NCBI RefSeq assembly: GCF_001194135.2
Contig: NC_069005.1
Span: 8,559,804 to 8,623,803, forward strand
Length of the DNA stretch: 64,000 nucleotides
Reading direction: 5' to 3'
Origin: Octopus bimaculoides
Taxonomy: Eukaryota
The position numbers and the translations under genes were made by a program. The notes beneath the pieces were generated by a model. That model did not search any database and had not been told where the DNA came from. It worked only from the letters and a program-made list of their open reading frames with translations. Below are positions 13,106 through 25,902 of this stretch, one piece after another. Every line of letters starts with the position of its first letter. Position 1 is the first letter of the stretch.

Positions 13106-13738
13106 GAATATGCATACCACCTGTTTTCAGCATAACATAAACCCTAACTCTAAACACTGGATGTGCGTATTCTTTACCTTCGCTTTCAAGTCCTTGTAGG
13201 TTCTGTATACTTCTCTGGTCTGATGGTATTCTGATGGTATGTGCACTTATAAGTATTTTTAGGTAATCTTTGTTATATCCATTATGTTTTATAGAAAAGG
13301 CAGTGACAGCTGATGGAACTGTTAGCATGTTGGACACAATGCTTAGCAGCAGTTCTTCCACCTCTTAACATTTTGAGTTCAACTTTCCCTTTCATTCTTT
13401 CGTGGTTGATGTAATAAAGTGGTAGTCAAAGTACAGGGATCAATATCATTGACGACCCACCTACCACCACCACAACCACTTCACCCCAAAATTGTTGACC
13501 ATGAGCCAAAATTTGCAATATTTACATTAAATAGAATAAAGTTATTGATGAAACATGAAATGATTTTTTCACTGTGAAAACATGTCCAGATTTAAATTCA
13601 TAACTTGTACTGCAGAACCCACATCAAACTTATAGAAATATAAGAATGGTGTGGATTTCACAGTTAAGGCATCCACACTTTTTGACCATTGATGTCAGCA
13701 TTGTGTTTTTTGTGGGTAATTTGGTAATTTGGTGTTAG

Positions 13739-13959
13739 CCCTTTCAATACCAACCTGGCTGGAACTGCCTCTGGCTCTGTCGTACAAATGTCTTGTTTCA
13801 AAAGTTTTGAGTTAAAATCTTCCACCAAACCTTGGTCACAATTTATGTTCTTAACACCAGCTTAATGATAACTAAGTTATTTTGCTAAATTCTTTGTTAT
13901 ATTTAAAATTAATTGAAAGAAATGCAGAGCATTTAAAAATAAATACAGTAACGAAAGGG
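13739..13959. mobile_element. piggyBac-type MITE (copy 1, 221 bp)
   Basis: TTAG|CCCTTTCAATAC...GTAACGAAAGGG|TTAA; CCC termini, TTAA-like TSD, homologous along its length to 31571-31792. Confidence 0.85.
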
Positions 13960-16190
13960 TTAAGTGGTATTTTGTTGTTGTCTTTCACTTTTGATTATTA
14001 TGCATATTTTAAGTGTCATTTTCATTCTTATGTGGTCGAACCTTGATAATGGAATGCAGGGATGAAGTCATAGGCTTGGGAACAGGGTGTGCAAAGGTAC
14101 GCCCTAAAATTTTTTTTTGATGGGTGGGGGTGCACAATCAAGTTGCTTTGAGCATCCTGGGTTGGGCTTGGGTTTGCACCCTCTAAGCAAATTTCATTCC
14201 TGCACTTAAGTGCTAGCTATGTTTGCTAAAGGTTTCACTGAAGACAGACTGGAGTGGAAGTGAGGTTACAGTCCAAAGATTGATTAGAAATCAGAGGTGG
14301 GATGCCAGGAGGTTAATAGCAACCACTACAATCCCCCCTGTCACCACTCCCCACCTTACTCATGTTTTCTTTCCTTCCTTTTCTGTTTTTCCTTCCTTCT
14401 TTTTCTCTCCTTTTTTTTTATTGTTTCTTTTTCTTTTGTCCATTCTTATATTCTATTTTATACAGAATGAACATCTTATTTTCTTAATGTTTTCTTTTAG
14501 TCTTTCTCTTCCTTCTTTCTTTCTTTCCTTCCTTTTATCTATTTTATCTCATTCATACATCAAGGTGATGGGCATGGGTGAGTGGGCGTGAATGTTCTGT
14601 TAGAAGACAGCTCAGGCTAAGATCATTTACCTTTTTGCTTGTCTAATTTAATTCCTCAATATTTCTTGGGCAATTTGTTTTGTCCACCACCAGTTCTGCT
14701 TTTTAAATGTTTTGCTTGTTGTCTGTCTTTTACTTTATTTATTCATTTATTTTTCTTAATGTTTTGCATCTTCCTGTTCTTAATCAGTTGTATTACTAAG
14801 GCTACTAAATAATGTAATGGTGGCAACATAGGGGTAGCGGGGTTTTGTATTGAGAACCCATTATTGTAAAATATATTACTGTAAATGTAATATCTTTGAC
14901 AGTCAAATATAATATCTATCTATCTTACTAAGCTAAAGCTACCGCTAAGCTAAGCTAAGCAGAGAGAGCCAGTCAGACTGGACTGCTGGCTCGACTTACT
15001 AGCTGTGAAAACCATTTGTCTGTCTTATCGGTTAGATCAATGTCAAATATACAGCAAGCGAAAGAGGAGATAACGGGGGAGTCTGTAAAAATAATCTTTG
15101 GCTCACTGGTATCCGATTTAAAATAACAATGCTGTGTTCGACTTCTATGCACTTATAGTACATTCATGTTGAGACCTTCCATAGAAATTTTGTTTTCATT
15201 TTTCTTCTATTATTTAAAAAAATTTTTTTCCTCCCTCTAGAACAAAGCTGTTCTCTGATCTTTTATGAGATAGAATCTGGTCTGGTGTTTTTTTTTTGTT
15301 TTTTTTTATCCTGAAGAATCTCTTGGTTCACACAAGTTCTAGTACTGGCAAGTTGCTAGAATTATCATCAGAACATCAGATTAAATGACTCATGGCATTT
15401 GTACCAGGCTGAGTTCAAATCTTGCCAAGACCAACTTTGACATCTTTTTGAGTGGAAGGTGGGAGGTGGGTCGATAAATAAAGTATCAGTCTAGAATTCT
15501 AGACTGGCAGAAATGTTAAAGTGGTGAACAGGATGTCTTGTTCTACTTGTTCTGGTCCTTTGCATCCTGAGTTCAGATCCTGCTGTGGCCTACTTGTGTG
15601 GTAAATTTAATCTATCATCCATTTTAACAACACAATATCCTTGTTAGTAATCTTGCTCTTCCATCTAATCATAAAGAAAAAAAAGGAGTAAAATCCATTT
15701 GTCGTACTCTACTTCATTCTAAATTAGTTTTGCATTCTTTATTTTTTAAAACTTTGTGGTTATTTGTTCAAATGAACACTCCTACACACACTCTGTCTGT
15801 CTGTCTGTCCCTCTCTCTGCCTCTTGCACACATGCTCTCATAAATATACACCACACTCCAAAACATGATGAATATTCTGACACAAAAGACAAGATAACAA
15901 TTGATATTGCTATTAGGTTTCAGCTCAGAGAAAGAAAAGAATAAGAAAGAAAGAACAAGAGAAAATAAGAAAAAAAAAAAAACTGTTCAGAAACAGTTGC
16001 CGTTACCTCTGCTATGTTACAATATGCTACAATTTCTCTATATAACAAGAGTGGCAGGTGATACATATCCATCTTAGAAAACCTAATTCAACCATACATA
16101 TGAATTATAAATTTACTATTAAGTCCACCTTACTAATGAAAAAATTTTTTTATTGTCTGGATAATAATAGGTAATATGAGTTAGAGACAA

Positions 16191-16375
16191 GGCGGGGAGC
16201 TGGCAGAATCGTTACCACACCAGGTAAAATGCTTAGTGGCATTTCATTCTATACATTCTGAGTTCAAATTCTGCTGAGGTCTATAAAACAAGTCCTAGTG
16301 GAGCACTGGGGTTGATTTAGTTGACTTGGCCCCTCCCTGAAATTGCTGGTCTTGTGCCAAAATTTGAAACCAATA
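16191..16375 (+). mobile_element. tRNA-derived SINE (family C)
   Basis: GGCGGGGAGCTGGCAGAATCGTTA..AATGCTTAG..TTCTGAGTTCAAATTC (B-box-like)...GTGCCAAAATTTGAAACC. Confidence 0.85.
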
Positions 16376-16700
16376 TTGATTACAGACAGAAACAAAAGGA
16401 AAGAAATTAAAGCATGTGTTGAATCTGTTCAGAGCCCTTTTGGAAATGATGGAATCTCATGTACTTTTTTTCTGTTATGAATTTTACCGATAATAAGGTG
16501 TTGGTCAATCCAAGACTATGCAAGAAGACGCTTGTCTAAAATGCCCCACCATGGAATCAAACTTAAACCACATGGCTGTGAAATGAACTTATTGACCAGC
16601 TATGCCTTACCCATGTTATACATGTATGTCTCTCTGTATGAGTGTATCTTATTGTGACTTGGTTTTTTTTTTTTTTCATTATTATTATTTTAACGTCCAC

Positions 16701-16920
16701 AAGGTGGCGAGCTGGCAGAAACATTAGCACGCCAGATGAAATGCTTAGCGGTATTTCATCTGTCTTTATGTTCTGAATTCAAATTCCACTGAGGTTGACT
16801 TTGCCTTTCATCTTTTCAGGGTCAATAAATTAAGTACCAGTTGTGTTCTGGGGTTGATCTAATCGACTAGCCCCACCTCCCCCAAAATTTCAGGCCTTGT
16901 GCCTAGAGTAGAAAAGATTG
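16701..16920 (+). mobile_element. Full-length SINE family C with 13-bp TSD
   Basis: TTTTAACGTCCAC at 16688-16700 and 16921-16933; body has GCCTTTCATC..GGTCAATAAATTAAGTACCAG (Nin/Deu-like central domain, by recollection). Confidence 0.92.
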
Positions 16921-17175
16921 TTTTAACGTCCACTTTTTTATGATCATACATGAGTTACATGGAATTTGTCGAGGCAGATTTTCTACAGTTGGATGGCCGT
17001 CCTCATCACCTTTTTCCAAGCAAGATAATATTTCCCCATGGTCAGGCATTTTTTTTCAGAGAAGACTGGAAACAAACAACAATGCCTGGATGACATTGAT
17101 GCTTCTTAACAATCATCACTATCTCAACCTGAAACCATATGGTTGGAAGCAAGCTTCTTAACCACACATCCACAC
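16921..17175 (-). mobile_element. Family A variant (A2) SINE-like element, the host of the preceding insertion
   Basis: TTTTAACGTCCAC..GAGGCAGATTTTCTACAG..CCCCATGG.CAG.CAT; similar to 9700-9850 and 40433-41075. Confidence 0.75.
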
Positions 17176-17377
17176 CTGTAGTTATGTTGCTTTTCTCTGT
17201 TATTATTATTATTATTATCATCATCACCATCATCATAGGGGATTGCATTCTTTGCCTTGACCCAAGCATAGAATGGGGCTCACCTCTTTGAGCTGGGAAA
17301 TGCCTGGTGTGTGTCTTGTGGTTACCCGCTCCTAAAAAAAATGGAGAATAGGTCTGGGTATATATATNNNNNNNNNN

Positions 17378-17419
<42 letters not shown>

Positions 17420-17878
17420 ATTATTATTGTAAGGCAATGAGCTGGCAGAATTATAAGTGCATTGAACAAAATGCTTAGCAGCATCTCTTTTGACTCATTA
17501 CAATATATATATATGTATATACACACATTCCTGGTATTGACTTGTCTCAGCACTTTTCCATTGCTCTGGTGTTCCTGTTGTTATTCTTGTCATTCTACAA
17601 TTTTTTCCTTCCTTGGTTGCCTTGTTCTTGTTATTTTTATATGAAGTGTTAATTGTTTATTCTTTTTGTTCTTTCTTTCTTTCCTTCCTTCTGCATCTTC
17701 TTTTCTTATTATTCTTCCTCTTCATCACTTTTCCTTCCACCTCTCTCTTGCTCTCTCTCTCTCTTTCTCTGGGCAGGGAGATAACGATTAAGCAATTTTT
17801 TCTTGCGACAATGTTTGTTTGTGTATGTGTCTCTGTGGGTGTATGCTCGTGCATATGTGGACAGATAGACAGATAGAA

Positions 17879-17911
<33 letters not shown>

Positions 17912-18274
17912 GAGAGTGAGAGAGTGAATGTTGTATTGAAGGGAAGAGTGTCATTCATGTGTATGTGTGGTACTAGGCAATGTGTGTATATGTATGTCTG
18001 TATACATGTGCACAAACCTCAATGATTATCTATCAAAAAAGCAAATGTTTTTTTTTAGCAACTTCTCCCTCTGTCTGTCTGTCTGTCTCTTACTCTCACT
18101 CTCTCTCTCTCAAGAAAAAAAGCTATACATCAAGATTCAATGAGCAAGGGACCAAAGCCATCTCCTCGACCCCACTGAAATTCCTTCCATTCCCTTACTA
18201 CTGCATTGTGTAAAATAATATCCACATATATATATAGAATATATGTATGTGCATATATATACAGAATATATGTA

Positions 18275-18336
<62 letters not shown>

Positions 18337-20721
18337 GGAGAGAAATAAAAAAAGAATGCAGAAATGAGATCGCTAAAAAAAAATAATAGATTTCCAAAAA
18401 CTTAACAAAAAAAAAAACAATAACCACAACTAAAAAACAAAACAAAAAAGATCCCAAAACATTCGATCTTGGTATTGCTTGCCGGCTCTCTTAAGTATTA
18501 TTTTTCTTGCAGTTGATACTATTTGTTTTAGGTGTGGGTGGTTCATAAGGCGTGGGTGTATATACTGATGAGATTACATAGATTATGTGTGGGTGGTGGG
18601 TGGAGCTAGAAGGAGGAACTGTATCAGGCTGCCATGTTGAATGAATGGTTTTTGACATCTGTTAGGATTAATGAATGTTTCTGTTGTGTCGTTGTTGTCG
18701 TGGTCGGCAATGGAACTATCAGTTTATTGTACCAGAGTGTATCAAGAGTTTTATGAAGTAGCTGTGTATTCCATTGACACTTGTAAGCTTAAATAAAAAT
18801 ACTGTGATAGTCTGCTCAGGTTGTATCTCTGCGACACGGTGTGTGAGTGTGACAAGGCCCTGTGTATGTGTGTATGTATGTATGTATGTATATATGTGTC
18901 TTAGTATATGTATGCATTCATGTATATATATGTGTGTGTGTGTGTGTGTCTCTCTCTGTATGTAGAATGACCAAAACATTGTGAATGGATTTGCTTGATG
19001 GAAACTGAATGAAGCCCATTAGGTATAATTATGTATACACATACACACACACCCACATGTACATGGGTTAGTGTGTGTGTGTATGTATATATATGTATTT
19101 ATATAAATTTATATACACACATGTACATATATTTGTGTGTTTGTTTATATATATATATATATATATATNNNNNNNNNNNNNNNNNNNNNNNNNNNNNNNN
19201 NNNNNNNNNNNNNNNNNNNNNNNNNNNNNNNNNNNNNNNNNNNNNNNNNNNNNNNNNNNNNNNNNNNNNNNNNNNNNNNNNNNNNNNNNNNNNNNNNNNN
19301 NNNNNNNNNNNNNNNNNNNNNNNNNNNNNNNNNNNNNNNNNNNNNNNNNNNNNNNNNNNNNNNNNNNNNNNNNNNNNGTAGATCAGCAATTACTTGATAA
19401 AAGCTTTGATTTTCAAATTGTTTGCTAGATTTCATCTTAGTTGTCACCTTATTTAGCAAAATATGGCATTAATGCAGCTTTTCTTCTCATGATGGATTGA
19501 TTGAAAAGAAAACAAATTAAAAAGAAACCATGTACAGTGCATTTTCCGACGTGCTTCCATGTAGTTTTCCTTCTGCACAATTTCACTCAGACATTTTATG
19601 CCAATCCAGAGCTGCATTTGATGACTCTCTCTCCTGCGGTGCCATCCTCCAGTGGCATCACACCTAGAACCACTTGGAGAAGAAAAAGAGAAGCAAACAA
19701 ATTTCTTAGTCACTTAACCCATGCATTCAAAATTTGTCATATTTGGTTCCTGCAGAAGACCAAAAAGTAAAGAAATAAAAGTAAGTACTGTGTTGGTTCT
19801 TAGGATTCATCAAGCCAGTTACCAAGATGCCAATCTATCATCAGTTACTTATCTACTGCTGGGTGAACTGGAAAAATGTGAAATGAAATGTTTTGGTTGT
19901 GTTTTTATACAATGTACTGTCGGGTCTGAAAATCAAAACCATAATCTTGTATATCCTGAATGCAATGCCCAAATTGTTTCTTCACACAATACCAAATCAG
20001 AACCGAAAATAGAAAATGTTTGGTTCATGTGAAAATTATACGATTCTCTCTCTGCAGATTGAGAAATATTTGTATATTTTATATCAAACCTAGAACTACT
20101 TGAAGAAGGAAAAGAAACAGGTTTCATAGTCACTTGACCCATGCATCCAAAGTCTGTCATGTTATGTTCCGACAGAAGACCAAGAAATAAAAAGTAAGTA
20201 CTGTCTTGGTTCTTAGGATTCATCAAGCCAGTTACCCAGTTTACATGATGAGTAGGTGACCAAGATCACAATATGCCCTCTGAACAAGATGCCAATCTAT
20301 CAACAGTTACTCATCTACTGCTGAATGAACTGGAACAATGTGAAATGAAATGTTTTGGTTGTGTTTTTATACAATGCACTGCCTGGTCTGAAAATCAAAA
20401 CCATAATCTTGTGAACCTGAGTGTAATGCTCAAACCCCAGAAGACCAAAACGAAGCCAAAAATCGAAAATCTCTATGTTTAGGTCATGTGAATGTTATAT
20501 GATTCTCTTTCGTCAGATTGAGAAATATTTGTATATTTTATATCAAACTTAGAACCACTTGAAGAAGGAAAACAAACAAGTTTCTTAATCACTTGGCATG
20601 CATCCAAAATCTGTCATACTTGGTTCCTGCAGAAGCCCAAGAAGTAAAGAAGTAAAGTACTATCTTATATCCTAGGATTCATCAAGTTATTTTCCCAGTT
20701 TATATGATATATAAGTACTTG

Positions 20722-21060
20722 ATAGGGGTTGATGCTGGGAGCTGGAAGAATCGGTGGAATGGCTGGCAAGGGTGAAGGGAGTGCGGTGGTATGGGCATGT
20801 GTTGAGGAGGGATGAAGAGCATGTTTTGGAGGAGGGTGCTTGAGTTTGAGGTAAATGGACCGCGAAAGTGAGGTAGACTGAGGAAAATGTGGAGGGGACA
20901 GGTGGGGGAGGAGATTGGGAGGGTTGGCTTGAGAAGAGAGGATACCCAAAACTGGATGAGATGGTGTGAGGCCGGTTACTACGGCAATGAGGTAGATCTG
21001 CCCACCCACTTATTGGGGACAAAACCCAGATTTAAAACACTGGATGATGATGATGATGAT
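20722..21060 (+). mobile_element. RTE/BovB-like LINE 3' fragment with (GAT)n tail
   Basis: Translation LEESVEWLARVKGVRWYGHVLRRDEEHVL/RRVLEFEVNGPRK*GRLRKMW..VGLRRED, the RWxGHVxR motif of RTE ORF C-termini. Confidence 0.88.
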
Positions 21061-21098
21061 GTTAAATGACCAAAATCACAATATTGCTTCTGAACAAG

Positions 21099-21288
21099 GT
21101 TAGCATGCCGGGCAAAATGCTTAGCGGCATTTCATCTGTCTTTACGTTCTCAGTTCAAATTCCACCAAGGTCGACTGCCTTTCATCCTTTCAGGGTTGAT
21201 AAATTGAGTATCAGTTGCGTACTGGGGTCGATCTAATTGACTGGGCACCTTCCCAAAAATTTCTGGGCTAATGCCTGGAATAGAAAAG
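21099..21288 (+). mobile_element. 5'-truncated SINE family C with ~19-bp TSD
   Basis: AATATTGCTTCTGAACAAG (21080-21098) and AATATTCCCTCTGAACAAG (21289-21307); the empty site occurs once in array unit 2 (near 20270-20288). Confidence 0.9.
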
Positions 21289-21769
21289 AATATTCCCTCT
21301 GAACAAGATGCCAATCCATCACAGGGTTACTCATTCATAGCTGAGTGAACTGGAGCAATGTGAAATGAAATGTTTTATCCAAGTGCTTTTATACAACAGA
21401 CTCTGGAAATCTGTAGATCAAACCTGCAATCCTGTGCAATGCTCGAACCACTAGGCCATTGACTTCACACAGAAGACCAAAGCAAAACCAGACCAAAAAT
21501 AGAAAATCTCTGTGTTTGGGTCATGTGAATATTACATGATTCTCTCTCTCTTCATATTAAGAAATATTTGTTGTGAAGATGATCAAGAGAACTCAATTAT
21601 TACTGTGGCAAAAGCTGTTGTTTTTCCCCCGAAACTAGAATTAGCTTTATTAAGACATTGACCGGCTGGTTGGCTGGTCAACCAGGCTTCTAAACATTGT
21701 GTCCATTCCAATGTAACCTTCTCTACATTACTTTTGGCTGGCTTGCATGTTGTTTGCTTGATTAGGACA

Positions 21770-22400
21770 ATGATGATGATGATGATGAAGATAATGATGT
21801 TGGTATTATTTATGGCAATGACGACGATAGTGAGATTGATTACGATGGTGATGCTGCTGCTGTTTCTGATGGTATTGGTGGTGGTGGTGGTGGCAGTGTA
21901 AAGTTGGTTATGGATGAGTGGTGGTGATGAGGGCGTTGATAGTAGTGTTGATGGGGATGAAGAAGTTGTTGATGTTCATGGCTGTTGATGATAACGATGG
22001 TGTTAAGTAGGTGATGGTTGTGGTGGTGGTGGTGGTGGTGGCGGTAATAGCATTGATGGAAAAGAATAATTGGTGGTGGTCGTTGATGACGGTCGTGGTA
22101 GGTGCTGGTGGTGGAGGTGGCGTTGATGATAGAGTTGGTGATTGTTATGGTTGATAATAATGATGATGATGGTGATACTGCTTGGGATGCAAGATTTGAT
22201 GATGGAGCTACTGGTGGCAATTGTTAATGATGATGACGATGATAATAATAGTAATAACAATAATAATAACAATAATAATAATAATTGGTGCTGAAGGTGG
22301 CGTTGGTGATAGTTATGGTGATGGTGGTGTTGAAGGGGATGATGGTGTCACTCATCATTGCTGGTGATAATAATGAAGGTAGGTATTGGTGATGGGGGTG
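21770..22400. repeat. Cryptic trinucleotide low-complexity tract (GAT/GGT/AAT mosaic)
   Basis: Direct reading; source of the spurious poly-H/T/S ORFs. Confidence 0.9.
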
Positions 22401-22626
22401 GCAGATGTTGGAGGTGATAAGGAATTAGAGAGATGGACAGACACAGAGACAAAATGATGATTGGGAAAGTCAAATGTGTATTATTTGCACCAAACCAAAC
22501 TGGACTGTGTGGTGATGCACAACAAATAGAGCACAGAACACTGTCACTTGTTAATATCTATCTATACATCTAACTATATATGCATGTGTGTGCATTTATA
22601 TATATATATGTATATATATATATATG

Positions 22627-22694
<68 letters not shown>

Positions 22695-23936
22695 CAGAAA
22701 TGAAGAAAGAAAGAGAACCAGACAGATAAGGGGCTCTTTACCACTGAGCTGTACACATTACACACAACAGTGATGAGAATGTATATAATATGAATACCAC
22801 CAGCAGTGTTTAGTCTATCAGAGAGCCATAACAAATTTGATGACAATTTTCAATTGTCACATTAGCAGGGGAGAAATTTATTGATTTAGTTCTTTTTTTT
22901 TTGTTTTTATTTACGCTGTTTGTTTCATTTCATTCATGAGACTGACATCATTGAACCTGGTCTAATTACACACACACACACACACACACACATACATATA
23001 TATATTATATGCAATCACTCTCTCTGATAAGTTCTCTGTTTTAACTAACTAACTAACTGGCTGGTTGGCGGTTGGTTGGCTGGCAGAGTGAAGAAGGACT
23101 GATTCAGTGAATTGGTGTGATTCATGAGTCTAAAGTTTCCAAAGCATGAAAGTTTTGATAGAAAGTTATTATTTATGGTTGAGTGGCTGATGCTGTTATT
23201 GTGGGAAGTTGAGGGAAAGAGAAAAAGAAAGAAAGAAAGAAAGAAAGAAAAAAGACATTGTTTTGTGGTGGTCGTCATTGTTGTTGTTGTTGGTGGTGTT
23301 CTTGTTCACATTGTATTGAATCTAAGGAAATNNNNNNNNNNNNNNNNNNNNNNNNNNNNNNNNNNNNNNNNNNNNNNNNNNNNNNNNNNNNNNNNNNNNN
23401 NNNNNNNNNNNNNNNNNNNNNNNNNNNNNNNNNNNNNNNNNNNNNNNNNNNNNNNNNNNNNNNNNNNNNNNNNNNNNNNNNNNNNNNNNNNNNNNNNNNN
23501 NNNNNNNNNNNNNNNNNNNNNNNNNNNNNNNNNNNNNNNNNNNNNNNNNNNNNNNNNNNNNNNNNNNTGTTGTTGTTGTTGGTGGTGTTCTTGTTCACAT
23601 TGTATTGAATCTAAGGAAATGTTAGTGTTGTAGTTGTTATGATTGTTTAGTCTGGGGACTGCCCTGGTCCCAGGAAACCTACATTTATTTGATGCAAGGC
23701 AAGGTTTGACATAGGATGGACCACTGACATATTTTTTGTGGGTTTTAGACCTTTTCTAAGGAAGCATTTTTCAAATTTAATGTATGTATGTATGGGTCAT
23801 TGAGTGGTTGATGACGTTCAGATAGTCTTTTATAATAAGCATGATCTGTTTAAATTTTGTTTATATAAACATTGCCAATGATGGAAATTGATAGGAGTGT
23901 CTTTGGATAGACAGGAATATTTTTACATGTTAGATA

Positions 23937-23941
23937 ACCAC

Positions 23942-23978
<37 letters not shown>

Positions 23979-24650
23979 TGATGTCTGCTTTCCATGCTGG
24001 CTTGGGTTGGGTGGTTTGACAGTAGCTGGCAAAGCAGAGGACTGTGCCAAGCTCCAATGTCTGCTTTGGCATTGTTTCTGAGACTGTATTTCCGTTCCGA
24101 AACCAACCTCTTTACAGAGTGTACTGGGTGTCTTTTAACATGGCACCAGTCCCAGTGAGGTCACTGAGTAGCTTGCAAGGCAAGATCCCTCCATCGAAGA
24201 GGTGAGTAATATTGAAGGAGGAGGCTTTGCGGCAAGTGGTGAGAGGTGGTGAGAGGTAAGATTATGATTGAGGGGATAGAAACAGGTGTCTTGCTATAGA
24301 GAAGACAAGTGGCTCCTCCAGGTGGGAGAGAGTGAGAGGTGGTGGTGGGGGTGGTGAAGATGGGTCAGGGTATACCCTTGAGTTATAGAAGGTTGGACAG
24401 GGCTAGTGGGCAGGTAAGTTTGTGAGAGTGCAAGAGGAATGTGGGGGATGGTTAGAAGGGGAATGCAGTGAGTGAACACAGGTGGAGGGAGGGGGTTAGG
24501 AGAATCAGTTGCCATGGAAAGAGGGACAGATTGTGTGCAGGTAAGTTTGTGAGAGTGTGAAAGAAGAGTGGGAGATAGAGGAGAGGGGAACGTTGTGTGT
24601 GGCGAACATGGTTGTTGGGAGGTATTTAGAAGATGAGTTGTGGCAGGGTG
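23937..24650 (-). mobile_element. Long family A-related element: (CAT)n tail followed by a G/A-rich body
   Basis: (CAT)n-CTGATGTCTGCTTTCCATGCTGGCTTGGGTTGG...GCTCCAATGTCTGCTTTGGC...CACTGAGTAGCTTGCAAG; the right boundary is uncertain. Confidence 0.65.
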
Positions 24651-24749
24651 GTGGGAGATATGTGAGATGTAATATACCTGTGAAGCCATGCAATTGCTCA
24701 AATTTGAGGCCTCACTATCCCCAAGGATTTCTCCTGGCAGAAGCTTAGC

Positions 24750-24925
24750 ACAGCTAAGGACTACATCTGAATGACTGACCCTTCTCTTCAGTACTAGGTG
24801 ATGGATGATACAACTCCTTACATTTGTTGACATTCTACAAATCCCTGGTGAAACTCACCCTGCAGTGTTGCTCTCCCATCTAGGATGTGGCTGCACACAC
24901 TGACACTCTAGATAACATCCAGGAA
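24750..24925 (+). mobile_element. Decayed L2/CR1/Jockey-group LINE RT C-terminal fragment
   Basis: Translation LLTFYKSLVKLTLQCCSPI*DVAAHTDTLDNIQ resembles the LLxLYKSLVRPxLEYCSPIW..LDxIQ motif. Confidence 0.65.
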
Positions 24926-25830
24926 AAAAAAAGGGTCTCCTCTATTGATTAAGGTATAGCCACTTGCAGACATGCTCCTGTTTCTGGCCCATAGTGGATT
25001 GTACAGTTAAAATGGAGAAAGATTTGGCTGAGAAAGAGACAGATAGACAAACAGTCAGTGTTAAACATCTATAACAGTATTGTTTTTCTTTTACTGGTTA
25101 AAATCATTGGATTGGGGTCCACCTTTGAAAGGCTTTTCATTTATCATATGGATCCCAGTATTCATGTCCCTCTTGTATTTATTTTAACACTGTGGGGTTC
25201 TTCAGCTCTGTCATTTAACCTTCTTTGTTTCTGATGCATTTTCATATTTCCCCTGAAAAGATGAACAGCAAAACTAGCCTCATCATGAGTTGAACCCAGA
25301 GTTTAGAGAGTCAGAACAAAGCGTTCTATCTGAAGCTCTGTACTGAAAATGTGATTGACAGATCTGGGAGGTAGCAAGTCTGTAATGTAAAGCATTCCAG
25401 CCATATTACACCCTGTCTTGCCAGGCATAATGTATCTAAGACTATGCTATTTGATGTGATTTTTCTTTTCTTTTTTTCTTCCTTTTTGTTTTTCAAACAG
25501 CAGGGTGTGGTTTAAGGAAGTTCTGTTTGCTATTTCTAACAGGTCAAGAGACCACATGGTGAGGTACTTTGTTGGCTTATAATGGAATGAAATGTAATGT
25601 GATGTAGTAATGATGTGTGCATTAGAATACAGAGAGTGAGTGTACTGAAGAGATTCGGAGAGGGAGAGTTGTTGTCCATTCTTCCTTCCTTCCTGTTTCC
25701 TCATTCTGGGACGTAGCTTTTGGTTAGCTATATCGGCTTTTAGAATGTTCTCTGGCAATACTGTTTCCTGACCGCGCATACTGACACAAACATATCCTTC
25801 ATATACACACACACACATACATATATATAC

Positions 25831-25902
<72 letters not shown>

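Larger units (their letters stand above)
19664..21572 (+). repeat. Tandem array of three diverged ~430-460 bp units; unit 3 is interrupted by RTE and SINE insertions
   Basis: Unit marker (C/T)TAGAAC(C/T)ACTTG near 19664, 20090 and 20549; shared blocks TAGGATTCATCAAG, CAAGATGCCAATC, GAACTGGA..AATGTGAAATGAAATGTTTT, GAGAAATATTTG. Confidence 0.92.

Noticed and set aside
19721-20482. ORFs of 103 aa and 69 aa with similar sequence in the tandem array
   Set aside because: The similarity simply reflects the DNA duplication and includes a SINE-derived segment; not evidence of a protein family
19664-21572. CRISPR-like or other prokaryotic array interpretation of the repeats
   Set aside because: Units are ~450 bp diverged duplicates without unique spacers; the context is eukaryotic with no cas genes
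24505-24525. RFX X-box-like GTTGCCATGGAAAG (and a reverse half-match at ~30841-30852)
   Set aside because: Lies inside a repeat or is imperfect; single short motifs are not significant in 64 kb
24294-24833. 179-aa minus-strand ORF
   Set aside because: It is antisense to a G/A-rich repeat body and an L2/Jockey fragment; low-complexity P/S/T/H composition
25640-25790. Minus-strand frame [33 protein letters not shown]
   Set aside because: Embedded between microsatellites, no convincing donor, unrecognised peptide
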